Assembly (NCBI GenBank): GCA_033763735.1
Contig: JANRJY010000115.1
Coordinates: 26,612-90,611, forward strand
Direction: 5' to 3'
Origin: Bacteroidota bacterium
GTDB lineage: Bacteria > Bacteroidota > Bacteroidia > Cytophagales > UBA9547
Length of the DNA: 64,000 bases
The stretch's first letter is position 1; every line of letters starts with the position of its first letter. The notes under the pieces were generated by a model. That model saw only the letters and a list, made by a program, of their open reading frames with translations. It made no database searches and had not been told where the DNA came from. Position numbers and translations under genes: made by a program. This document shows, one piece after another, positions 18,800 to 26,472 of this stretch.

Positions 18800-19582
18800 T
18801 CATAGTATGTCATTTGCGTCAACAGAAATCCCTAGTGCTTTTAATTCCTTGACCAAGTCGAATTGCCACTTACCTGACTTGTCAAAAGGAACAAACAATA
18901 CGCCACTGTAGTCAGAAGGAATTTCAAAATCGTTCTCTTGTTCATGTAAAGCTAAAACCCTGTCCCGTCCCAATTTGCCAATGAAATACCCTAGTTCAAA
19001 AATAACATTTTGTCTTGCCCTATATTTCGCAGTTTCAGGCTTCTCGCTTTTGTTGTATGAAATGTCGTCTGCTGAAAGTAGGACAACAGCAAAAGAAACT
19101 TCAGAATTGTCCGTGAATTTTTCAATGATTGTCTTTCCCTTGCTTGGTTGCTCGTGTAATATTATTGGATTAAGTTTCAATTTCTCAATTGTCCTTGCAA
19201 CAGCTAATTTCATTTCTTCATTGTGTCCATGCACAATAAAAACATTATTTGAATTCGGTGAAGATTTGTCCGCTAGTTTTTTAGGTTCATTAATAACTGT
19301 GTCCAATTGCAGGTCTTCTGCTATGACATTTAATAGATTTAGAAGTTGCTTTTTACCACTGTTAAAACTACTTTCAAACGCACTGTCAGGGGTTCCAGAT
19401 GTCCAAATACTAGGTGAATATCTAATTGCTTTTAAAGACTTTAAATAATGAGTGCTGTCACCAAATATTTTTCGCAACAGCATTTCTGCTCTTTTCTCAA
19501 CTGCATCACGTTGTCCATTTCGATAGGCAATTTGTTCTGCTTGGTTTATTAAGTCCTGAATAAGTTCTATGTTTTTACTCAT
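18800..19582 (-). CDS. TIR-like nucleotide-binding domain protein (CAP12/Pycsar-type TIR) (cassette 1)
   Basis: VFIVHGH, PIILHEQ, TIIEKF, FAVVLLSADD, RARQNVIFELGYFIG and PSD motifs. Confidence 0.88.
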   Translation of the reverse strand: MSKNIELIQDLINQAEQIAYRNGQRDAVEKRAEMLLRKIFGDSTHYLKSLKAIRYSPSIWTSGTPDSAFESSFNSGKKQLLNLLNVIAEDLQLDTVINEPKKLADKSSPNSNNVFIVHGHNEEMKLAVARTIEKLKLNPIILHEQPSKGKTIIEKFTDNSEVSFAVVLLSADDISYNKSEKPETAKYRARQNVIFELGYFIGKLGRDRVLALHEQENDFEIPSDYSGVLFVPFDKSGKWQFDLVKELKALGISVDANDIL

Positions 19583-19605
19583 GCGTTTGTGTCGTCTTTA
19601 TAATT

Positions 19606-19717
19606 ACCGGTAACATCCTTGTATACGCATATTGCGTATACATACTATTATTTACATGTTTTTGTATTGCGTATATATCTTGTATTTAGGAAATATACGA
19701 ACTTTTATTTTTTTCAA
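19606..19717 (-). promoter_or_regulatory. Putative attI-like entry site and Pc-like promoter of the array
   Basis: Core GTTACCGGT (19614-19606); 10-bp palindrome 19620-19642; direct repeat TATTGCGTATA at 19630-19640 and 19665-19675; TTG-N17-TATATTTC on minus (19717-19690). Confidence 0.55.
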
Positions 19718-19957
19718 TAATAACCATTATTTTTTACAATTTACCTACACTTATATCTTTATTGCTATTTACAACACCTATATGTAACAATATAAAAACC
19801 ACGAGGTGAGGCTTTCGGTTTTGAATTGAACATGTTATATCTCAAATTTTACTTCACTTGATACTTTGACCGAGGTTGGTAAGTAATAGGTTTTTGCAAT
19901 GGTTTTAAATAATTGGTTTATTGGTGAAATGAAATTGATTAAAAAGTAAAAAATGAA

Positions 19958-19996
19958 AGATTGCTTCAGTCGCTGAAAAAGCGACTTCGCAATGAC
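19958..19996. repeat. REP-like element, AGATTGCTTC...CGCAATGAC family
   Basis: Same termini at 32498-32537 and 42009-42035; inner hairpin AGTCGCT/AGCGACT. Confidence 0.7.
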
Positions 19997-20001
19997 GACC
20001 T

Positions 20002-20403
20002 TTATAAAGCCCTGAAGGCATTTTTAATGCATTTTGTATATTTTGTTGACTTGTAGCAACGATTCCGTGGGCTGAAAAAATGATTCCGTGGGCTGAAGAA
20101 ATGATTCCGTGGGCTGAAGGAATGATTCCTTGGGCTGAAGCAATGATTCTTTGGGCTGAAGGAATGATTCCGTGGGCTGAAGAAATGATTCCGTGGGCTG
20201 AAGCAATGATTCCTTGGGCTGAAGCAATGATTCCTTGGGCTGAAGCAATGATTCCTTGGACTGAAAGAATGATTCCTTGGACTGAAAAAATGATTCCTTG
20301 GGCTGAAGGAATGATTCCGTGGGCTGAAGAAATGATTCCTTGGGCTGAAAAAATGATTCTGTGAGCTGAAGAAATGATTCATTGGAATGAAATACTGAAC
20401 CAA
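20002..20403 (-). CDS. Possible heptapeptide-repeat protein (NH[F/S/C]FSPR)n
   Basis: ATG-started open frame across the whole tandem repeat; three of four recurrent unit variants are silent in this frame. Confidence 0.3.
   Translation of the reverse strand: MVQYFIPMNHFFSSQNHFFSPRNHFFSPRNHSFSPRNHFFSPRNHSFSPRNHCFSPRNHCFSPRNHCFSPRNHFFSPRNHSFSPKNHCFSPRNHSFSPRNHFFSPRNHFFSPRNRCYKSTKYTKCIKNAFRAL
20059..20394. repeat. 21-bp tandem repeat (VNTR), 15 units plus 1 degenerate unit
   Basis: Unit ATGATTCC(G/T)TGG(G/A)CTGAA(G/A)(A/G/C)A recurring every 21 bp from 20059 to 20374, no spacers. Confidence 0.97.
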
Positions 20404-20481
20404 TTGGCAGTTATAAACAGTCCAATCAAAGGGAGGGATATTATTTGGTGTGCCACCTACAAAGGGCTATGAATAATTGAC

Positions 20482-21561
20482 TTATTGTGGGTTTTGAACC
20501 CTCAAAAGGTTTTTGGAAATCCTTTTATATACCAAATCCACAATTTCTTGAGGTTCAATTTGCTCCATACAAGCATGGTCTTTCCGGTAACATGCTTTAT
20601 TGCCATACACAGAACAAGGTCGACAAGACAAATTACCCAACCCATACACACCTGTTTCTGATTGTTGATAAGGCGTAAATCCTGTGTAAGAATGTGTGGG
20701 CCCCCATATGCTCAAAAGTGGTGTGCCACAGAGAGCGGCCAAGTGCATATTGGCTGAGTCCATAGTTATCATCAAGTCTAATTTGGAAATGACACCCATT
20801 TCTGACGTTAATCCATTAGTCAAATCTGTCATAATAAACACCCCATTCAATCCTTGAGCAAGGGCTTCCATTTTTGTTTTTTCGGCTTTACTGCCAAACA
20901 GATAGATATTTGATTTGCCATCATGAACTAAAATTTCAATGATTTTTTTTGAATGCCTATCCGGAAGTATTTTAAGAAAATGTGCCGCAAAAGGAGCAAA
21001 TCCAATATGGTATTTTCCATTGGGTTTCGATTTCAAGAGTTCTAAGGCTGCTTTTGTAGCTGATGGCTCAGGTTCAAAATACATTGCATGCTCGGATATT
21101 GAAAAAGAATAACCTGCTTTTGCAAATACTTCCAAATACCTATCCGAAGTACTTTTGACAAGTAGTAGTTTTTTGTTATTTCTTCTGGTTAAGGCTTTTT
21201 TTTCGGTCCTCCCTTTGTCAATGATTGCGATTTTGTTTCCGGTAAACCATAAGAAAGTTCTTACGATTTGGGTGCGCAATACATCGTGCATATCTAAAAT
21301 AGCTTCAAACGGCCCTGATTTTGATAGAAATATGAACAATTTCCAAAGGCCAATGATGCCTTTATAATCCTTCATATCTAATCCTATAAATATTAGATTA
21401 GGAATATTTTGGAATAGGGGAGCAAAGTTTTTTCGGGAAACAAATACAACTTCTTTATCCGGAAATGCCTCTGCAAAATTGCGTAATACCGGCCAAAGTA
21501 TGGCCACATCACCCATTGCTGAAAGACGAATTACTAAAAGTTTGCCTTTGGAATTATGAAT
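20482..21561 (-). CDS. Glycosyltransferase family 9 (LPS heptosyltransferase-like)
   Basis: LLVIRLSAMGDVA, DSANMHLA, WGPT and CRPCS motifs; true start uncertain (first ATG at 21516 lies inside the conserved motif). Confidence 0.88.
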   Translation of the reverse strand: MHNSKGKLLVIRLSAMGDVAILWPVLRNFAEAFPDKEVVFVSRKNFAPLFQNIPNLIFIGLDMKDYKGIIGLWKLFIFLSKSGPFEAILDMHDVLRTQIVRTFLWFTGNKIAIIDKGRTEKKALTRRNNKKLLLVKSTSDRYLEVFAKAGYSFSISEHAMYFEPEPSATKAALELLKSKPNGKYHIGFAPFAAHFLKILPDRHSKKIIEILVHDGKSNIYLFGSKAEKTKMEALAQGLNGVFIMTDLTNGLTSEMGVISKLDLMITMDSANMHLAALCGTPLLSIWGPTHSYTGFTPYQQSETGVYGLGNLSCRPCSVYGNKACYRKDHACMEQIEPQEIVDLVYKRISKNLLRVQNPQ

Positions 21562-22156
21562 TTGCGTTTGAATACAAGGATGGGTTTAGCTCCTGACTAT
21601 TATACATTTTCATTTGGCGGTACACCCGAAAATATCGGGTGCCTTTGCTTATTTCATCAATAAGCTGATCAAAACAGGTACTCATATCTGTGCGTTGTTC
21701 CAGTAATATGGCAAGTTTGTTTTTGCATTTATCAATGTGTGCTTGATCTACATTGGTACGCAAGGTTTGTTCCTCCATATGGTATATTTTCAATTCCAAT
21801 ATACTCATACGGTCAAGCAACCATGCAGGCGTTTCGGAGTTCATTCGGGCATTGGAACTTTGCTTAACATCTTTAAATTCAGAATGTACCAAATCATCCA
21901 GTAGTTCCACAGTGTCAGTTCGTTCTTGATTGAGTTTGTCGATATTGCGTTTTATTCGTACCAAATCTTGGTCCGGAAGGTCAGGACGTCTGATTTCGTC
22001 TTCCTCATGCCACTGAATGGTGTCAATATGGTTTTTCTTATACAATAAATAAGCTGCCGAATGCTCAGGAAAAGGATTGGAAGCGGGAGATAGGTTTTTG
22101 TGCCAATCAGTTATGGATTGAATAAATATTTTGATGGCTTCACTTGCCTGTAACAT
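21554..22156 (-). CDS. DUF4254 family protein
   Basis: IDTIQWHEED, IDKLNQERTD, NSETPAWLLDRMSILELKIYHM, YRQMKMYN; start set at ATG 22156. Confidence 0.8.
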   Translation of the reverse strand: MLQASEAIKIFIQSITDWHKNLSPASNPFPEHSAAYLLYKKNHIDTIQWHEEDEIRRPDLPDQDLVRIKRNIDKLNQERTDTVELLDDLVHSEFKDVKQSSNARMNSETPAWLLDRMSILELKIYHMEEQTLRTNVDQAHIDKCKNKLAILLEQRTDMSTCFDQLIDEISKGTRYFRVYRQMKMYNSQELNPSLYSNANS

Positions 22157-22209
22157 ATTGCATTGAATTTTGTTGCAAGATAGTACATAAGAACCAAAGA
22201 CTAAAAAAT

Positions 22210-22235
22210 GAAAATGAAGGTTAGATATTAATACC
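22210..22235 (+). repeat. 26-bp direct repeat, left copy
   Basis: GAAAATGAAGGTTAGATATTAATACC, identical to 24054-24079. Confidence 0.9.
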
Positions 22236-22878
22236 CTTAACTGTTCCAAATTTGGAGATCTATTTCAAATAAATCATAGTATAACGTAGAACAGCTTCCA
22301 ATCTAGGTTTTCTGCACCAACCCTAGCTTGTGTAACACCTAGTGTTCTGTAATACAAATCCGTATGGAAAATAAAAACAAAATATTTCCGGTTCCCACAA
22401 ACACTCCTGAAGTAATAAATTAAAAGCTATTACACGTATATAATGTGTGTTATAAAATAAATTATTAGATTTGTTTTATAACAGTTAGTGTTAAAATGTG
22501 AAAAGAATATACAAAAAGTTTGCACCGGCAGAGCTAAACTTCTATTTATGACTTATTTAAGGCGCTTAAAAACAACACAAGCAATTGAAAAATGATAAAA
22601 GCACATATACATCCACGATTTGAAAAGAAATGGTCTAATTCAAGGACAGTAATCCTAAAATATTAAATATCAGTCAAAACCAAAAAACTGGTGTAAATAT
22701 TTGTTGATTTTAATGGTTTCATAGTTGCACATTGTGTTTTTTGCATTTGAAATTGATCCCCAAAGTGGTTTTAACCAAGGGAGTTATCTTTTAGTCTAAT
22801 GAGAAAAGCATAATATTGGAGGTATTGCCAAGGATCTAAATAAATTTTTAAGTATTGTTTAACAAATAAAAAATCAGA

Positions 22879-23829
22879 ATGGAGCAATCCGACAAATTAA
22901 GATCTCTTTTTTTTCAAGAGTCAGACTTATACCTCTCTATTTATGACAAAGATTTAAACTGTCTGGATTTTAACGATGCCTTTTTAAGTGTATTTCAATG
23001 TGAACGAAAGGACCTTTTGGGAAAAAATTTATGTGAAATTTCACCCGACCTCAAGATCAATGGACGCTACGACCTATACAAAGAAGTGATCAGAACAGGG
23101 AATGTCATTGAAATTGACCATATGCAGCCGCATCCTACTATCGGGAACTATCATTTTCGAATTAGGGCTTTCAAAGTGGGGGACGGATTGGGGCTATTGG
23201 TTAAAGATATTACGGATTTGGTAGAATTGACAGAAAGATTCAAATATGCTACTAATGCTTCAAAAGAAATTATTTATGAATGGAACCTCAATAACGATTC
23301 TGTAATGTTCAATGATTCATATTTTGAGTTAATGGCACTTGAAAACAAAACCAATCCATTATCCCGAAGCAACTGGACAACGCATATTCACCCGGAAGAT
23401 GTTGCGAAAGTTCAAAATAGTTTGGATGATTTTCTCCATCAAGACAAGAATTATTGGTCAAACGAATATAGGTTTATAGGAAAAAATAATCAACTCTATT
23501 ATTTTGCCGAGAGGGCATTTATGATACGAGACAGAAAGGGAAAACCAGCTAAAATGATTGCATCGGTGACTGACATTACTTATTGGCAACTCAACATTAA
23601 TCATCTTGAAGAAATGTTATTTACCCTCTCACATAAGGTGCGGCAACCGGTCTCCAATATATTGGGAATATCTATGCTTCTTGATTACAATTTGATGAAA
23701 AAGGAGGAATTGAAAACCATTGTAGGTTATATGAAAAAGTCAGCAAATTTGCTAGATGTGTTTGTTAGTGAAATGACAAGCCTCATTTACAATCACAAAG
23801 AAAAAACTGCTGAGAAAAACTGGAATTAG
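22879..23829 (+). CDS. Tandem PAS-domain protein with HisKA-like tail, no ATPase domain
   Basis: PAS (N..F...DLLGK), PAS_3 (IHPED...EYR), H-box-like SHKVRQPVSNILG. Confidence 0.8.
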   Translation: MEQSDKLRSLFFQESDLYLSIYDKDLNCLDFNDAFLSVFQCERKDLLGKNLCEISPDLKINGRYDLYKEVIRTGNVIEIDHMQPHPTIGNYHFRIRAFKVGDGLGLLVKDITDLVELTERFKYATNASKEIIYEWNLNNDSVMFNDSYFELMALENKTNPLSRSNWTTHIHPEDVAKVQNSLDDFLHQDKNYWSNEYRFIGKNNQLYYFAERAFMIRDRKGKPAKMIASVTDITYWQLNINHLEEMLFTLSHKVRQPVSNILGISMLLDYNLMKKEELKTIVGYMKKSANLLDVFVSEMTSLIYNHKEKTAEKNWN

Positions 23830-24053
23830 AAATGGCAACTGCTTATTATTACAAAATAGGAAATTTCGAAAAAAAAGTGTTTCTAATTTGTAAGTTTCGA
23901 AGTAAATTTTTTAAATGTGAGTTTCAATTATTTTCTTTTATATAATTGTAATCTTAAAGAATCTCCGAATTATTCACTCAAATAATATTCCATTATTTCC
24001 CGTGCTGTCGGGAGTTTCCTCCTTACAAAAAATTCATGTCTCGTCCTAAAAAA

Positions 24054-24079
24054 GAAAATGAAGGTTAGATATTAATACC
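24054..24079 (+). repeat. 26-bp direct repeat, right copy
   Basis: Identical to 22210-22235. Confidence 0.9.
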
Positions 24080-24148
24080 GAATTTATAATAAGCAGTTAT
24101 AAATCTACGATATTTAATAATTGTGTAACTTTGAAAAATTAGTTTGAA

Positions 24149-24556
24149 ATGGATGATAACAGTTCATTATTGGAATTAGATAAAATAATAAGTCATTGGA
24201 TTGAAAGTTCGGATGATGATTATTCTACCATGATCAAATTATTTGATTCAAAATCATATAGCTGGTCATTATTTGTTGGGCATATTGTAATCGAAAAGCT
24301 GCTGAAAGCAGTTTTCGTCAAAAAACATAAGAAGCATGCCCCTTTAATTCATAATTTGTATAGATTGGCTGAGTTAAATGAAATAGAAATGTCTAATGAA
24401 CAAGCGGATATGTTATTTCAGATTACAACTTTTAATATTAATACCAAATATGACGACTATAAAAATAAGTTTCATTTGAAATGCACTAAAGAATTTACTT
24501 TAGAATGGATTGAAAAAATTAAAACTGTAAGATTATGGATCAAAAAGATGCTTTAA
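24149..24556 (+). CDS. HEPN domain protein
   Basis: W...S.DD, FVGHIVIEKLLKA and HNL..L motifs; overlaps downstream MNT gene. Confidence 0.85.
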   Translation: MDDNSSLLELDKIISHWIESSDDDYSTMIKLFDSKSYSWSLFVGHIVIEKLLKAVFVKKHKKHAPLIHNLYRLAELNEIEMSNEQADMLFQITTFNINTKYDDYKNKFHLKCTKEFTLEWIEKIKTVRLWIKKML

Positions 24557-24837
24557 AAGTTGCTTTAAGTTTCACAGATGTGGTAAGGTTGAAATTCAAA
24601 TGTGATAAATTTTATCTATTTGGTTCTTATATAAAAGGAAACTTTTCGGAATATAGTGATATTGATATAGCAGTGGTTATGCAAGATTATAATGATGAAA
24701 TAGATATGCAACTTGAATTAATGCGAATGACCCGAAAAGTGGATAGCAGAATAGAACCTCATGTTTTTAAAAAGAGCGATTTTGAGTTATCCAATCCATT
24801 AGTTTATGAAATAGTTAAATATGGGAAAGAAATTTAA
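24535..24837 (+). CDS. Minimal nucleotidyltransferase (MNT), partner of HEPN
   Basis: YLFGSYIKG...SDIDIAVV motif. Confidence 0.88.
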   Translation: MDQKDALKVALSFTDVVRLKFKCDKFYLFGSYIKGNFSEYSDIDIAVVMQDYNDEIDMQLELMRMTRKVDSRIEPHVFKKSDFELSNPLVYEIVKYGKEI

Positions 24838-24969
24838 AGAAAATCCTTAATATTTTTAAATGGCATTAGCAAATGGCTAAATACAACTAGAAAAGATGTA
24901 ATCAACAGACAATATAAAATTTTGGCATTCTTTTCAGAAATTAAGACCAATAACAAAAATTGACAAATT

Positions 24970-25464
24970 ATGAATTACACCATTGATGACGGTTTTCCTT
25001 ACTATATCGAATTGGTTGGAAAAGAGGATTACAAGCATTTGTTTGAATCAAAAACATTGTATGACCTGCTCCAACCAATCTCCGAATCAAAGGCAAACTA
25101 CCGATATGCTTCCGGCAAATGGAGCATAAAGCAAGTACTCGGGCATGTAACTGATCATGAACGAATTATGATGTATCGAATTTTGCGATTTAGCCGTAAA
25201 GATACCACACCTTTGCCCGGTTATGACCAAAATGTAATGGTTGATAACAGCAGATTTGATGAAATATCTGTTGCTGATTTGTTAACCGATTTCAATAATG
25301 TTCGCCAGTCATCTTTGAGCTTTATCAAAATGTTGTCAAACGTACAAATGCAATTAACCGGCAAAGCATGGAAGTATGAACTTACGGTGGAGGAATTCCT
25401 TAAGGCAACCATCGGACATGAACTCCATCATGTACAGGTGTTAAGAGAAAAATATCTTATATGA
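24970..25464 (+). CDS. DinB family protein
   Basis: YASGKWSIKQVLGHVTDHE and GHELHH motifs. Confidence 0.88.
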   Translation: MNYTIDDGFPYYIELVGKEDYKHLFESKTLYDLLQPISESKANYRYASGKWSIKQVLGHVTDHERIMMYRILRFSRKDTTPLPGYDQNVMVDNSRFDEISVADLLTDFNNVRQSSLSFIKMLSNVQMQLTGKAWKYELTVEEFLKATIGHELHHVQVLREKYLI

Positions 25465-25509
25465 TGCTTTATGATAAAAACGGTGTACGAAAATATTGCA
25501 CCTAACGTG

Positions 25510-25965
25510 TTATTTCCTATCGTCAGGAACTAATACTATCGATACAGAATTGACACAATGGCGAGTATTTTTTTTAGTTAAACCCTCTCCTACAAATACA
25601 TGACCTAAGTGTGCCTTGCAGTTGGCGCATACAATTTCAGTTCGTTCGCCATCGGCATCGGTATATTTTAAAATGGCACCTTTGATTTCGTCATCAAAGC
25701 TTGGCCATCCGCAATGTGAATCAAATTTGTCGGTCGACCTATACAACGATGCATTGCAACGCCTGCATACATACACCCCTTTGTCATGATTATCCACATA
25801 CTTTCCGGTAAATGGTCTTTCTGTTCCTTTATGTACAATCACCCTTTCTTCTTCAGGTGTAAGTTTATTGTATTTGGTTGGGTCTTTAATCAATTGAAGT
25901 GTTTGGGCACTGGTTTCCATGGCAATGAATGAAATGAGCAGAAGCAGAAATGAGTTAGTTTTCAT
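25510..25965 (-). CDS. msrB: Methionine-R-sulfoxide reductase, signal-peptide bearing
   Basis: GTERPFTG, Cxx[18 protein letters not shown] and RHCVNS motifs. Confidence 0.93.
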   Translation of the reverse strand: MKTNSFLLLLISFIAMETSAQTLQLIKDPTKYNKLTPEEERVIVHKGTERPFTGKYVDNHDKGVYVCRRCNASLYRSTDKFDSHCGWPSFDDEIKGAILKYTDADGERTEIVCANCKAHLGHVFVGEGLTKKNTRHCVNSVSIVLVPDDRK

Positions 25966-26040
25966 AATTGTTATTTCATAAACCATAAACGAATATTAAT
26001 TGTTCAAATTGTTTGAAATCAATTAAAGGGTATTAATATA

Positions 26041-26348
26041 ACGTGAGTCGGGATAAAATAATGCTTGATTAACAAACTATGCGCGGTGGGTTGTCCACGA
26101 AAAGAGCACGGACATGCGAATGCATGTAGCGTGAATGTGTGAAGGAATTTTTTTGGCATGGTAAGGTGGATTTGTGCGGCAAAAAAAAACTTGGATTTGG
26201 TTTTCGTGGTGGGGTTTTTGTTTACTTTTTGACCAAACAAAAAGTAAAAAATTAAGATTAAAATTTTCAATAAATATAATTCGCTAAAAATGAGTCATTT
26301 AATTCTTTTTCAGTTAATAAAATTTTAAAAACTATCCCGAACTCACGT
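26041..26348. mobile_element. Non-autonomous MITE with terminal inverted repeats and 7-bp target duplication
   Basis: TIRs ACGTGAGTCGGGATA (26041-26055)/TATCCCGAACTCACGT (26333-26348); TAATATA on both flanks (26034-26040, 26349-26355); no transposase. Confidence 0.8.
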
Positions 26349-26390
26349 TAATATAAATAAATTCAAATTCACATTGTCATATAGACAAAA

Positions 26391-26419
26391 ACCGATTCTG
26401 TGATTTAAGCAGAATCGGT
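26391..26419 (-). terminator. Hairpin downstream of the SRPBCC gene
   Basis: ACCGATTCTG/CAGAATCGGT stem followed by a T-run on the minus strand. Confidence 0.6.
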
Positions 26420-26472
26420 AGTATTGCTTTCGATGGTAAGTAATAATTATAGCTTGGCAATTATATTTGCTG

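Larger units (their letters stand above)
14300..19614 (-). mobile_element. Integron-like gene cassette array (5 cassettes, no integrase in window)
   Basis: Co-oriented genes with short leaders, separated by AAC...GTT-bounded hairpins; the two ends of each cassette are reverse complements of each other. Confidence 0.85.

Noticed and set aside
17762..19582. Complete CBASS, Pycsar or Thoeris system
   Set aside because: No cyclase, STING/cNMP-binding or ThsA-like gene is present; the neighbours are independent cassettes.
20059..20394. CRISPR array
   Set aside because: Units are contiguous 21-mers with no unique spacers, and there are no cas genes; it is a tandem repeat.
14117..20481. Integron integrase or other recombinase next to the array
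   Set aside because: No ORF with tyrosine recombinase R-H-x-x-R-Y motifs, nor a serine or DDE enzyme, was recognised anywhere in the window.
22250..22878. Gene or ncRNA in the long gap before the PAS gene
   Set aside because: No ORF of 60 aa or more and no convincing structure; it may be decayed sequence but cannot be assigned.
14247..24053. A 9.8-kb composite element bounded by inverted TGTCTCGTCCT motifs
   Set aside because: Only an 11-bp match, no target duplication seen, and the interval includes core LPS-type genes; more likely two independent REP-like copies.
26019..26270. 83-aa ORF as a transposase remnant
   Set aside because: Low-complexity translation of MITE interior with no transposase motif.
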